Program-made: the position numbers and the translations under genes
Notes under the pieces: model-generated
The model's input: the letters and a program-made list of their open reading frames with translations, nothing else
Database searches by the model: none
What the model was told of the DNA's origin: nothing
DNA from: Hemiscyllium ocellatum
Lineage: Eukaryota
Reading direction: 5' to 3'
NCBI RefSeq assembly: GCF_020745735.1
Contig: NC_083437.1
Coordinates: forward strand, 11,284,001 to 11,348,000
Length of the DNA stretch: 64,000 bases
Shown: positions 37,268-50,059 of the stretch, one piece after another
Numbering within the stretch: the first letter of the stretch is position 1
Layout: each line of letters begins with the position of its first letter

Positions 37268-38239
37268 CTTGAGAATGCGTTAGACATGAAGGCACAAGTT
37301 TCAATAGCTTCTGCTGTTGCTGTGTTAACGTCACTATTATCTTGTACCCTTACAATATCAGCTTCATCTCAAACGTTCAGTGGAAATAAAAGTTGTAACT
37401 AATTTGAACCTGTGCAAATTCAAATATATGTGATAATGTTCTAGTTGATGAGAAAATAACACAGATTCAAGTTGGCATTTTATTGTCAATTAGATGGTAT
37501 CTTGAGTCATGCAGCATCTAAAAGTCGGAATTCTACAAGATATTGACAATTGCCAGGAAGAGGATTCCAGTCAGAAATCCCTGAAGCTCTTGATAGAGAA
37601 ATTACAAATTAAGAAAGTTTTTTTTATCTTACATTCCGAACATGTAATGATCCAATGTCTTCTACAATTTGTGCTTGTAAGCAAATAATAAAAAAAAGCA
37701 TATCTTGTGTTACTGTTGAAATCAATCCACCTTTAATTGTAAACTTCAATGCTTTTCCTTCCTTGCCAATGGAAAGGAGTTTTTCTTTTCTCCTCACTGT
37801 CATTGATTGAAAGTTGAACAATTGATTCAAGGTAGCAAAGACTGTAACACAAAGGTTTGCCAAATTAACAGTTGCTAAATAATTAATTTGCTCATGAATA
37901 ATTCAAACGATTTTATTTAATTGCCTCTTCATCTGATCCACAGTTCTCATAAGCCATCATTAAATTTCATTTAGTTCCACATGACTGAGCAAAACCAACT
38001 CCATTTGTATTTTTTGGAGATGAATATTTATTAGAAATTCCCTTTTTTGTTCCAAGCAAATGGATTGCTTGGCTGTTTATTCCTGCCTTCAAACAATGCC
38101 TTAAATTAATACTAATCAGGAGCGATTATGTAACATTATGCGAACGTTTCCATGGCATTAGGATATCCTTTATGGTCACCTCTGGGTGAACTGTCTGAAA
38201 GGGTAGGCTTGACAATGAGAGTTGACAACTGCTCACCTT

Positions 38240-38892
38240 CAGAAATCACATGACACCAGGTTAGAGTTTGGATTACAGGTTGCTTTGGTTAGACCCTGGG
38301 CATGTGGTTCCTTACACCAATCATGATATTCCAGTCAAATAAAAACTGAATGAACTGTGGATGCTGTCAATCAGGAGCAGGAGTAGGAGTAGGGGGAGGA
38401 AGGGGGTGCTCAGTGGGTTTGTGAAGGTACACCAGAGTTAAACCCTTCCTCTGGTTTACCTTCACAGAAGCTGCTGGACCTGCTGGGCTTTTCCAGCAGT
38501 TTCTGATTTTGTTCCACATTTTTCCAGTCATTTGATTTGACTCCAGCACCACCTCATGTTTAATTGTTTGTAATTATCTCTCTGCCTCTTTTAATAGGAT
38601 TTCAGGTCATCCCTTCACTTGTTATTCAGCTGTTGACACTTTACTCACACTACCTAACACCCTTGGTCACCTGCAGACACTTGTTATTCGACACTCCATT
38701 CGCACACCATTTGTATGATCTTTTGATCTTTGTCCTTGACTCTTTACCTATAAATTCTGTGTCTATGTGCTTCCCTCTCAATCACCTGATGAAGGGGTTA
38801 CGCTCTGAAAGTTATGATTTCAAATAGACCTGGCGTTGTGTGATTTCTGACTTTGTCCATCCCAGTTCAACATTTGCACCTCCACAGCATGG
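38240..38892 (+). mobile_element. PLE family-2 pLTR with TATA and hammerhead core, plus a family-3 fragment (~38340-38520)
   Basis: CCTATAAAT at ~38746; CAC-CTGATGA (38786-38792)..TGAAAGTTA; tail matches 13790-13835; short inverted copy at ~38240-38262. Confidence 0.75.
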
Positions 38893-39138
38893 TTGCCACC
38901 TTGACTTTGGATATCACAGTGGAATTTATTGACTTCCCAATCTAGATTTTGGCTTCAAGTCCAACAAGTTAATGTATAAGAAAAGCCATTGATCAAATAT
39001 CAGCTTAAATAGTCGCAATCCAATGCTTAAAGACTTTGTGATCAGGTGTGAAATTGACCTCTATTCAATAAGAAGTGAGAGAAGATTTTGGAAGAACGCA
39101 ACATTATTCTTACAAGTAAATACCCCTTACCTGAATGA

Positions 39139-39414
39139 TTAGATTACTTACAGTGTGGAAACAGGCCCTCCGCCGCCCACCCATTCCCATACATTTACCC
39201 CTTTACCTAACACTACGGGCAATTTAGCATAGCCAATTCACCTGACCTGCACATCTTTGGACTGTGGGAGGAAACCAGAGCACCCAGAGGAAACTCACGC
39301 AGACACGGGGAGAATGTGCAGACTCCACACAGTCAGTCGCCTGAGTCAGGAATTGAACCCTGGTCTCTGACTCTGTGAGGCAGCAGTGCTAACCACTGTG
39401 CCACCGTGCCACCC
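39139..39414 (-). mobile_element. HE1-like V-SINE, full length
   Basis: TTAGATTACTTACAGTGTGGAAACAGGCC tail to GCTAACCACTGTGCCACCGTGCCACCC head. Confidence 0.92.
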
Positions 39415-40199
39415 ATGGTGATCAACAAATAAGTGCTGGAGATCTCTGTGCACTGGAGGGAACAGGCAGAACTTATTTAGGCCCAATTTGAGGGAGGAGA
39501 TTTGTTGTCAACCTCCTAGGTCCACCATCCCTCACTGACCCCGTGCTGTTGCACAACTCGACAAAAATCAACCCAGCTACTCCTCATGTTTCCTAAAGTG
39601 AAACCAAGCAGCAGCTGTAATGGCTGTCACATTCTTCCAGTGTATTCTGGTGCTGATCTATTCCTGAATTCATCCTTTTGAAAGCTAATCCCTTCTTTTC
39701 TTTACTCGCTTGGTGCGCTGTCTGACATACTGATGCAAGATTCAGCACCTCAACAACACAGTTTACAAATTGCTTAAAGATTTTCCATACTGTTGGGGGA
39801 ACGGTGAATATTACAGTTACTTCAAGTAGAATTTACTCTGAAAAGAGCAGTTGTTACAGAGAAAGAGCTACTCTAGGGAACCAGTAGGCCTCAACATTTC
39901 ATACAGCATATCCTACCCATCATGTGGAAGAATGAGGGCAACAGATGAAAAGGTTAATTAAATGCAGTGAAGAAAGGGGAATATGGGCCAAATTGAAAGA
40001 TCTGCTCTGTTGAAAGCAAATGTTTAACTGTGAAAACATTCCTCAATGGTACCAATCAGAGCTTTCAATGGACCATGAATTGCAAGGTTTCACAGCAAGG
40101 GGCAGGAAAGGTCCTGACTGATAGATCTCCCAAGCATCCTGAAGATATTATACATTCACATTTCACATATGTTTCTCCTGATTTCCTTTCCAGAATCGA

Positions 40200-40761
40200 T
40201 GGAGATTCCGTAGAGGGATAGGACAGCATCCAGGTAACCCAACGCATCCGAGGCAAGGTTTGGTTCGTGTGACTGTGGTGACGGAGAGAGTCCGAGTTTG
40301 GGCCCAGTGCCTAGTTTGGGAGCCAGCAGCTTCAGAGGTGGCTGCATTGCTGAGGCCAGCACAGCGCGGCAGCATGGTCGGTGATGGCAAGACAACGCCG
40401 AAGAATGGCGACATGGGTCTGCAGGGGCAGTGCGGTGAAGGGTCTGGGAGCAGGCTGGTGACAGTCTCAGTGTGGTGGAGGAAAGGTCTGGATCCATGCC
40501 CATGGTGAAACACTTAAAAAGGACTGTCATGTAGAACTTTTAACTTTATTTCTTTATTTTTCCTTGTTATGCCTGAGAATTTGGACCTAGGTACCGAAGA
40601 TGGCACCGGAGAATGTGACTTTGTACAATTTTCACTGCATTCTGAGGCTGTGCTGTGGTACTTTTGTATCTAAGTTGGCATTGTAACTGACAAAGTATAA
40701 ACTTTTCACTATACTCATTGAATGTATGTGACAATAAAGGCTATTCAATTCAATTCAATTC
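40200..40761 (+). mobile_element. composite retroposon: GC/CpG-rich body plus duplicated Rex1-like tail
   Basis: CCTAGGTACCGAAGATGGCACC..TTTTCACTGCA, second copy TTTTCACTATA..TATGTGACAATAAAGG, then (ATTCA)n. Confidence 0.6.
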
Positions 40762-40763
40762 TT

Positions 40764-40890
40764 ATTCCTGATGAAGGGCTTATGCTCAAAACGTCGAATT
40801 CTCTATTCCTGAGATGCTGCCTCACCTGCTGTGCTTTGACCAGCAACACATTTGCAGCTGTGATCTCCAGCATCTGCAGACCTTATTTTT
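40764..40890 (+). mobile_element. PLE family-1 pLTR end beginning at a hammerhead motif with a G12->A change
   Basis: ATTC-CTGATGA-A-GGGC-TTAT-GCTC-AAAA-CGTC-GAAT at 40764-40799, then the family-1 arm and tail. Confidence 0.85.
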
Positions 40891-41179
40891 TATTCTATTC
40901 TTTTCTCTTGTACCCTTGTACTTGAGTAAATGTGACATTAGAACCTAATTCTAATACTAAAGAATCCAAACTGATTGGTCCTCTGGTGGTCATATCTTTG
41001 CACGATACCTGCTGCCAATTCACTGAGCCCTTGCTAACCCACACTCTCTCCTTAGGTTATGGAAGTGTTACTGGTGACAGACTTGCTCAATATTGTACAA
41101 CTAGTGGTAGAGCCTTTTTTTTTTAGGCTTTAACACCACCATAGAGTGAATTTAAATGGACCTGCATAACTGTAACTGA

Positions 41180-41840
41180 GAAACCCACACTATCATCATC
41201 CTAGGGGTTGCCATTAATCAGAATTGGACTGGCCTAACCATATAAATACAGTGCCTCCAACAGCAAATCAGAGACTAGGAATACTGCAGTGAGCAACTCA
41301 CCTCCTGACCCCACGCAGCCTGTCCACCATCCACAAGGCACAAGTCAGGAGTGTGATGGAATACTCCCTACTTGCCTGGATGGGTGCAGCTCCAACAACA
41401 CTCAAGAAGCTTGACATCATCCAGCACAAAGCAGCCAGCTTGATTGGTATCATATTTGCAAAGATTCAATCACTTCATGACCAACACTCAGTAGTGTGTA
41501 CAATCTACAAAATGTACTGTAGCAATTCAACAAGTTTCCTTAGACAGCACCTTCCAAAGCTATGGCTGCTAGAATCTAAAAGGACAAGGGCAGCAGATAC
41601 ATGAGAACATCACCATCTATAAGTTCCCTTCTAAACCACTCAACATCCTGACTTGGAAATATGTCGCTGTTCCTTCACTGGCGCTGGGTTAAAATCCTGG
41701 AACTCCCTCCCTAATGTCATTTTGGGTCATCCATAGTGCATGGACTGTAATGGTTCAAGAAGGTAACTCACCACCACTTTCTCAAGAATGAGCAACAAAA
41801 TGCTGGCTCAGGTAGTGATGCCCACATCCCATGAATTAAT
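41180..41840 (+). mobile_element. CR1/L2-group LINE 3' end (second family)
   Basis: ORF 41353-41604 (MEYSLLAWMGAAPTTLKKLDIIQHKAASLIG); tail shared with the SINE at 7080-7140. Confidence 0.88.
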
Positions 41841-41844
41841 CAAA

Positions 41845-42130
41845 AGCCTCAAAATAAGGGGAGCAGATTCAGGGCTGCGTTGAGGAGCTTCTTCTTCTAG
41901 AGGGTTGTGAATCTGTGGAATTCCCTACCCAGTGAAGCAGTCGAGGCATTCTCATTCATTGTTTTTAAAGGAAAAATAGATCGATTTTTGAACAGTAAAG
42001 GAATTAAGAGTTATGGTGAGTGGGCGGGTATGTGGAGCTGGGTCCATGGAAAGACCAACCATGATCTTAATGAATGGCAGAGCAGGCTCGATAGACCAGA
42101 TGGCCTACTCCTGCACCTAGTTCTTACCTT
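41845..42130 (+). mobile_element. CR1 3' end
   Basis: VNLWNSLPSEAVEA...FKGKIDRFLNSKGIKSYG. Confidence 0.88.
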
Positions 42131-43194
42131 CTCAAACCATCATTGGGCCAGAGGTAACAGGTTACCTCTGTAACAGCTTTCAATGTGTTGTGTAGCTGGA
42201 ATCTGGAGAATAGTTTTGGAGACCATTTGCCTCTCTTGTAAAGGTTTAGGTCCACCATTGCAGGTTTTGTTATGTAAAATGAATACAGTGATCCATCATG
42301 CTATTGCATAACAGCACCATTCACTGATTGAATGAAGTGTCCTCAAAAATCCATGTCTTGATTACTTTGCTCTACCTTATCTGTTTCATTTACAATTACA
42401 GAATAAATGCAACAATTTCATTTCATCACCAGAAATAATACTGAAGTACTGTCTCTGTTAGTTTTCTACTCAATAACAAATGGAGGAAGAACCAAGCAAT
42501 AAATTTATCTGGGAAATGGGATACAAGGAGTCAGCTTTTGCTCACTGTGTGAATATTGGCCATTATCAGTGAGCTTTGCCTGGTTGACATTATAATCAGT
42601 GTACTCTGTAACGTTGACATAATTAAGTGGCTAAAATTGGAAAACATGCAGGAAGTAAATGGAGAAAACTGGAGGGAGAGGGGATTAAGAGGAAGTTTAA
42701 AATGACTTGATCAAATAAAGGTGAAATACCTATGAATGCCTTTACTGCCAGCAATTACATTCATGTGACACAAGTCAGGGTACTTCAACCTACGAGCCTT
42801 AGAATTAGTTTTTATCAAGCTGTTTCAGGACTTGATACAACTGGATCATTACTGGAAACAGACGTATGAACCGCTATTTGCTATTAATCGATGTTCATTG
42901 CTTCCATTGCAAAACAACGCTGAAGTTTAACACTCGTTGTTTATTTAAATTACAGCACGTGGGTGTTGTTCAGCATGCTGTTAAATATTTGCATGCTTGG
43001 ACAAGCGACCCAGAATCTTAAGGGGCTAACAGTTTAAAGCCAGCCATTCTATTTAAAGGAAAGTTGGCCACCATATTTCAGACATGTAGTTCCTTGAGGA
43101 ACCTGACCAGAAAGGTTTCAGTAATCAGTGACTTTAGCGATCAAGTTAGGTTTGAGCATCTTGGATCAAAACAAATTGAGGGGAGATTTCACAG

Positions 43195-43540
43195 GAGTCC
43201 TTACAGTTTGGAAGTAAGTCATTCAGACCATCTAGTTCACACTGACCCTCTGAAGAGCATCCCAACCAGACCCACCATCCTACCTTGTCTTCGTAATCCT
43301 GCATTTCTCATGGCCAATCCACCTGGCCTGCACATCCCTGGATACTATGGACAATTCAGCACATCCAATTCACCTAACCTGCATATATTTGGACTGTAGG
43401 AGGAAACTGGTGCAAACCCAAAGGGACGCCATGCAGACTCCGGGAGAATGTGCAAACTCCACACAGACAGTCACCGGAGGGTGGATTGAACACGGGTCCC
43501 TGGCCCTGTGAGGTAGCAGTGCCAACCACCATGCCAACAT
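43195..43540 (-). mobile_element. HE1-like V-SINE
   Basis: GGGAGAATGTGCAAACTCCACACAGACAGTCACC..GGGTCCCTGGCCCTGTGAGG. Confidence 0.88.
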
Positions 43541-44477
43541 GACACTGGATGCCCTAATCGAGGTACACAAGAATATGATAGCTTAAGATAAAAGTGAGAA
43601 AGGAAGTCAGTTCTCATAAGTTGATGGGCTGGGGGCACTGATTTAAAGTTTTCATTAAGCAGGGACTGTGAGGAAGGTCCTCTTTAACATGGCAAATGGC
43701 AACTATTGGAAACTTGTTGCCCATAAGGGCAGTGAGATCACAGACAAGGAGAAATTGATGTCTGCTAGAGGAAATTAATCTTGCAGATAAATAGCGATAG
43801 AGTCAGGAAATGGGGCCGAGTGGCTTGCTGTACACAGATGTGATATAGAACTGATGGGCCGAATGGCCACATTCTATACTATAAAGACTGTGATTTCTGT
43901 GACCATTGAAATGCATTGCAGTTGAAGCAGATGCTGAAAATCACGGGAAAAGTGAGATGGGCCTAAGGTAGACACAATAGTGGCACAACAGGGCAGAGAG
44001 AGCTTGGTGTAGATGATAGGGAGCAGGAGACTTACCATCTATGTGCAGGAGTACAAAGGCCCATTTATACAACAGCAGTGGAGCCAGAAAACCACACAGT
44101 CAGTCAGGATTATATCCCCGAGGGTGCATTGCTACAAGAGGTTCAATGAACTCACTTGAATGGCCAAGGTTAGTGAATGTCACTGCAAATGCCTTATTCC
44201 ACAAACTGCATTGCCAGTCCCACATACACTTCCATTCACTACCATTTCATTAGTCACCAGCTAACATCCAGCGATCAGCACCACAAGGACTCCTGCAGTA
44301 CCTGGCACTGCCATCGTTTCTGGGATGGGCTGCAAATATGGACTGAGCCAGCAACTCCCAAATCCCATGAATGAATAAAACATACCAGTTCCTAACATTT
44401 ATACATTTCACTTCACTCTCCCACACTTAGCAACGCTGCAAGCCTCAGAGATATATTTCAGCTGATAGAAACACAGA

Positions 44478-44775
44478 GGTGGCATAGTGGCTCAGTGGTT
44501 AGCACTGCTGCCTCAAAGCACCAGGGACCCAGGTTTGATTCCAGCGTGGACGATTGTCTCTGTGTGGAGTTTGCAGTGCCTGCATGGGTTTCCTCCCACA
44601 ATTCGAAGATGTGCAGATTAGGTGAAGGTGGTCATGGCAAATTGCCCATAGTGTCCAAGGGCGTGTAGTCTAGCTGGGTTAGTCATAGAAAATGCAAGGT
44701 TATGGGGAGGTTTAGGTGAGATGCTGTTTGTAGAGTTGGGAATGGCTTGCCTCCACACTGCTGGAATTCTATGAT
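44478..44775 (+). mobile_element. HE1-like V-SINE
   Basis: GGTGGCATAGTGGCTCAGTGGTTAGCACTGCTGCCTCA..GGGACCCAGGTTTGATTCC. Confidence 0.88.
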
Positions 44776-45359
44776 TCAGCTCGCACACACTGTTAGTTTT
44801 TGAACCATCAGCCCAACATATTATAGCATAATCACAAACATATTTCACGCCCTCTTGCAGAATAAGGTAGAATGTTAGTGGAAACACTAAAGCTGACTGA
44901 CAGGGAAGAGATACAGCCAGATGCCCTTATACTGATGAAAGGAACTGCGCTCATCATCAGCTGACTGGCTATGAATGGGTCCATAGCTAGGGTTGGCACT
45001 GATGATATATGTTTTTTTCTCATAGCTTCTGCCTCATATCCCAATACTCCATTATCTCACAAACTATTTGCAGTTATAAGCTGTGGATGTTTTAATGCAT
45101 AAGTTTGATTTAGACTGTTCATTTTCTGTTGGATTTTGTTTTCATATCTTGGCAAGTGACATCAGTTACAGGCAGGTTTTGGGACTGTTATTGAATGGGG
45201 ATTTGGGGTTGTGTTCACTGCTATTATTTAAATGAATTGTTAACAAAGAGCCTTGCAATAAGGACCAACGTTAGCTGCTCCTTTCCTTCTCCATGGATAT
45301 CTTCTTACCTTCTTGAGCTAGGCGCCTAATGCTGATGACAGGCTATGCCATCACCTTCA

Positions 45360-45630
45360 CAGAGCCCCTACAGTGTGGAAACAGGCTATTCAGCCCATCA
45401 AGTCCATACTGACCCTCTGAAGACCATCCCATACAGACCACCCTCATCCTTGCATTTTCCATGGCTAATCCACCTAGCCACCATATCCTTGGACTGTGGG
45501 AGGAAATCAGAGCACCCAAAGGAAACCCAAGCAGTCACGGGGAGAATGTGCAAATACCACACAGACAGACGCCCAAGGGTGTAATCAAACCCGGGTCCCT
45601 GGTGCTAAGCACTGAGCCACCGTGCCACCC
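45360..45630 (-). mobile_element. HE1-like V-SINE
   Basis: CCCTACAGTGTGGAAACAGGC tail; CTGAGCCACCGTGCCACCC head. Confidence 0.88.
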
Positions 45631-45909
45631 GATCTTGTTATTTTGAGTGCAGCAAACCATGCACAAACATGGAGGTGCTTCCGCTGAATGTTGTATGGCT
45701 CCTCCACTGTGTCCACGGTAACAGAAGCATATCTCAGCTGCCCCAGTGATCTACTCCATCATATATTGTTTGATTGCATCACTTCCGCTGTATGTATTCT
45801 GCCTATTTAAACATAGATTACACTTTGGAGTCAACAGCTGTCTGCTCAGTGCATAGTTTTTGTTGCCTGAAAACACACTGGTTTGTTAATGTTGGCTGAA
45901 GTGCTGATG

Positions 45910-46530
45910 GTATAGTGGCTACAAGAGCAGATCCAGAGACTGGGAATTCTGTGGGGACTAACTCACTTCCTGACTCTCCCAAAATCAGCTCACAATTTAC
46001 AAGGCACAAAATCAGGAGTGTGATGGAATATGTCACCCCACTTCCCTCCTTTCCTGGATGGTTCAGTTTCAACAATACTCAAAATCATAAAGGGCAAAGC
46101 AACAGAGTTGATAGGCAACCCATCCATCATCCTCCATGTTCACTCCCTTCAACATGAATGCACAATGGCAACAGTGTCTAACATCCACAAGCTCTAATTC
46201 ACTGAGGCTCATTACACAACACCTTCCAAACCCATAAACAGTTCCATCGCGGTGGACAAGGGCAGCAAATGGAACCTACCATCCCTGCAAGTCCCCCCCC
46301 AATCCACTCACCATTTTCAACTGGAAATATGCTGTCATTCCTTCACTGTCGCTGGTTCAAATCCTGGAACTCCCTCTCTAAGGGCATTGTGAGTCTATTT
46401 ACTTAGTGTATTTTGTGACAGTTCAGTAAGACAACCCATCACCACCTTCTCCAACAGCACATTCTGCAAGGCAATGTGGGATGAGTGCTGAATGCTGACC
46501 CAACCAGACACACACACACACACACACACC
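45910..46530 (+). mobile_element. CR1/L2-group LINE 3' end (second family) ending in (CA)n
   Basis: IRSVMEY; GCTGGTTCAAATCCTGGAACTCCCT; (CA)11 at ~46508-46529. Confidence 0.8.
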
Positions 46531-47887
46531 TCCCACAAACAAATTAGAAAATAAATGTCCAAGTTGGCACTCGTTGCCTCAAAAGTGGCATTCATGCAGT
46601 CAGTGTAACCCTGCACCATGAGGAAACCTACAATCCTCCATAATCCACACACACTCACACAGGCCATTTTCCTCTGCTAAAAGAGAACAAACAAGCACAG
46701 TTAAACTCTCCAGAGCTGGAATTTTCATTAAGTGGTAGAGGCCATTCCCTATTCCCAGGGGCAGTTTCAGTAGATGCGTGACACATACATGCTCACATTG
46801 GGTGAATTAACATGCCATATGGAGACAATATGATATGAATCATCCCCCAACACGCATTCCCCAAACAGAACTAACAGCGTAAAGGAGCAGTAGTGACCTC
46901 ATGCTGGAATATGAGGGAGGGAATCGGAGGAGGGGATAGAAATCTATCCAACAAAGTCATGGATTAGCTGCCCTGTGATGGCCATCGCTATGGCAGAAGG
47001 GTACCATGTGGAGAGGTTATCCTTCACAACCATAGCCTGATAGTTGTGGTCATAGTATAAGTTTCCCCATTTACAAGTCTTCAGAGGGGGATTCCAGCTT
47101 GAGATGCCCTCATCCACCAACTGAAGCAGCATTCACCTCTTCTAATTGAGCAACTAGTCACCTAAATGAGCAAAAGCAACTTTAAGCAAACGCTTCTACA
47201 AGGGTCAATAAAAACCAAGCAGCAAGTAATTTGAATGATGCTGATGTAAGTCCTTGGTGCAATTAAATAAGCGTTCAGCTGTGATGTTACCTGATCATTC
47301 AGATCCAAAGCAACATCAAGTCAAAATGAAAAGCTTATTGGACATCACAATTGTCCACACTTCAAGTTTCTCATGCACATTTCCTATAGTAGTGTGAATG
47401 AACACCCCAAAATAGGGTTCCCATATGTTGAGCTCCAGATGTATTTGCATGAACTGCAGTTCTGGAACTGGAGGCAAAATGACACCTGCAGCAAACAAAT
47501 AAGTTTGGTAGAATCAGCATTGGTCACCTCACTGACTAAACAGTAGTCAAACAAGGAAACAAATTACCATAATGTTCTGATGAGAGAATGTTTGGTTCTT
47601 GATCTTTTTCAGAAAAAACTGAAGTAAAAGTTAAGGCGTCGCTCATCATAAGCAGCCATCTCTTCAACAATCTCTGAACAGACTGGTGATTTTACTCCTG
47701 TTTGGTTATTGTATAGGTTACCCTTTCAGCTCAGAGAATACTGACCCTTTATTTATCATTTCCTAATAAAATATTTTCCTTGTTGCTTATGTTTTTCTGT
47801 TAAATGTTATTTGTAAAGAAATCTGTGAATGAACAAGTTGACTACTTCATTATTTCCAGCTGCAATCAATTGGGGATGGGAGGGAGG

Positions 47888-48275
47888 TGTCAGTTAGCTC
47901 AGCTGGCTGGATGGCTGGATGATGATGCTCAATGCTCCAGGTAACATCCTTTTCCCAGTTGACAGCGTGGCTTCAATTTCCAGATTAGCTGAGGTTACCA
48001 CGAAGGTTCCTCTTTCTCATTTTTTCAGGAGAGAAACTACCATCATTACCGGGCCTACATGTGACCCCCTGACCCAAAGCAACGCGGTTAACTCTTAACT
48101 GCCTCCTAGACAATTAGGATGAGCAATAAGTGCTGGTCTAGCCAGTGACGCCCTCATCCTGTGAATTTTTTTTTAAAAAGTTTTCTTCCTTCCCCTGATG
48201 TGGTGGTTACTCTTATGTTAAACCACCATCTGTTGTCTTTCTTTAATGAGAGAGTGGGTCTATGGTGACTTCATC
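47888..48275 (+). mobile_element. third tRNA-derived SINE family, interrupted by another SINE fragment (~48025-48175)
   Basis: GTCAGTTAGCTCAGCTGGCTGGATGGCTGG..GCTGAGGTTACCACGAAGG..TAATGAGAGAG; related copies at 57160-57300 (-) and 58040-58245 (+). Confidence 0.6.
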
Positions 48276-50059
48276 TTTAACAAGTTTACAAGCTATTTAT
48301 AACACAAAAAAACAAACACCTTTAATGATTAACACAGTTTCCATTTTCACACACTTACGTATTCTTTTAACTTGTCAACAATGGCCTTTCCTTTTTTAAC
48401 TATCAGTTTTTATATATCCACATATCTAGGTCTTTGGCACTAGCCTTTCATTCTTTTGCCAAAACTTTAAAGCTGTAGGACCTATTTTATTTGTTTTTTT
48501 TTTCTTTTGATATCCCCTAACCATTGGCTTCTGCTTACCTCATCTCCTTTTCAGTTAATCTTGCTGGAGCTCTGAATGAAAAGTTCAGTCCCCTCACTTA
48601 CATTCCTTAAATTACAGAAAAAAAAGTTTCTAGCTTGAGTCCAGGAAGTTTTATTTTGATTCTGCAATGTTTATTGTAAACTTATTTATTTTTATTAATT
48701 TCGGACCAAGATATGTCAGTGATCCAGAATAAAGCGATGGTTTCAGAAGTGGACTAGGAGAATTGGCCATTTTAATAAACCTTTTCCAAGCACAAGAAGC
48801 AAATAAACCCTGATTGGCAGAATTTAATTAAATGTTGGTTTGACTCCAGGATCGCTTCCCAGACAGCACTGCAATGGCTACAAGAGAAAGTGTAGAAATT
48901 ATCTTCAACGTGTTATTGAACAAGTGCTTCACATACATCTCTCTTGCTGTTACATTATTAATTTGCCTAAAGGTATAAATCTATTTCTACTATCTTGGGT
49001 ATTATTTTCCCGTATACCTCCAGTGGAATACAATGAGGGGGAAAGCTACGCTATAGATATATAGCAGTTTGATCAGAACACATCTGGTTCTAGGTACCAC
49101 ACATCTGGAGGGATATATCGAGAGAGTGCACGTTCACCAGAATTGGACCAAGACTGAAGGTTGAAATACTAAGGGCACATTGGACTAAATAGACTATTGC
49201 CGTTCCTTTTTATTCTTGGTATTTTGGGAAGCATTGCATTGTTCGACAGCAATGATGGATTGTCATTGAGTGAGTGTATTGAATTCCTTTTCAATAGAAA
49301 ACCAATCCTACAGGACAAAAAAACCCTGAATTAGACAATTCTATATCATCCAAAAGGAAGACTTCAATTAAGCTACCAGCGCACTAACTCACTAAACAAA
49401 GGAAATCATTTAGTGTGGCGAATGCTGCTTAATCAAATGGGTAAATGTGCAGAGAGTAGCACCAAGTCAGATTGAAAATGAGAACTAAATCAAATTCCCA
49501 ATTGCATGTCATCTGGAAAACTCATGATCAAAATGTAATTAGTCCTGGAAGAGGTTGGGATTGTAGAGTGGCCAGAGTGATCTGATTCTATTTTTTGAAT
49601 TTTCTCATGAATTTATCCAGTGAGAATGCTTTCTGCAGTTCTTTGAGAAACACTGACAGAGAGCTTTGCCAATACCTTTCCCATAGCAATCTAAGCCATG
49701 TGTTTATCACAGAATTAGTACAACACCTTTAGAATGTACATGTAGGTGGAATCTTTGCTTATAAAACATTGTTTGATCTGAATGCTGTTCACACAAGATT
49801 CAGATGAAAGAGCCTCATCAACTATTTGATTTCAACTTTCCAGGCCATCAATCAGCTAATTATAGGATTTAACTGTTTCTTATACCAATCCTCTGCCTAG
49901 GCTGCATTTGCTTTTCTCTGTAATTGTTTCCAGCCATTAGTGACTCACTGAAACAAGAAATACATCTTGACATCTATCCTGACATATCCTTCATGATGTT
50001 TTGTTTTCTTCAAATATACAAAGGCCCTGGCCTCTCTAACCTGTTAACCTATAACCAAC

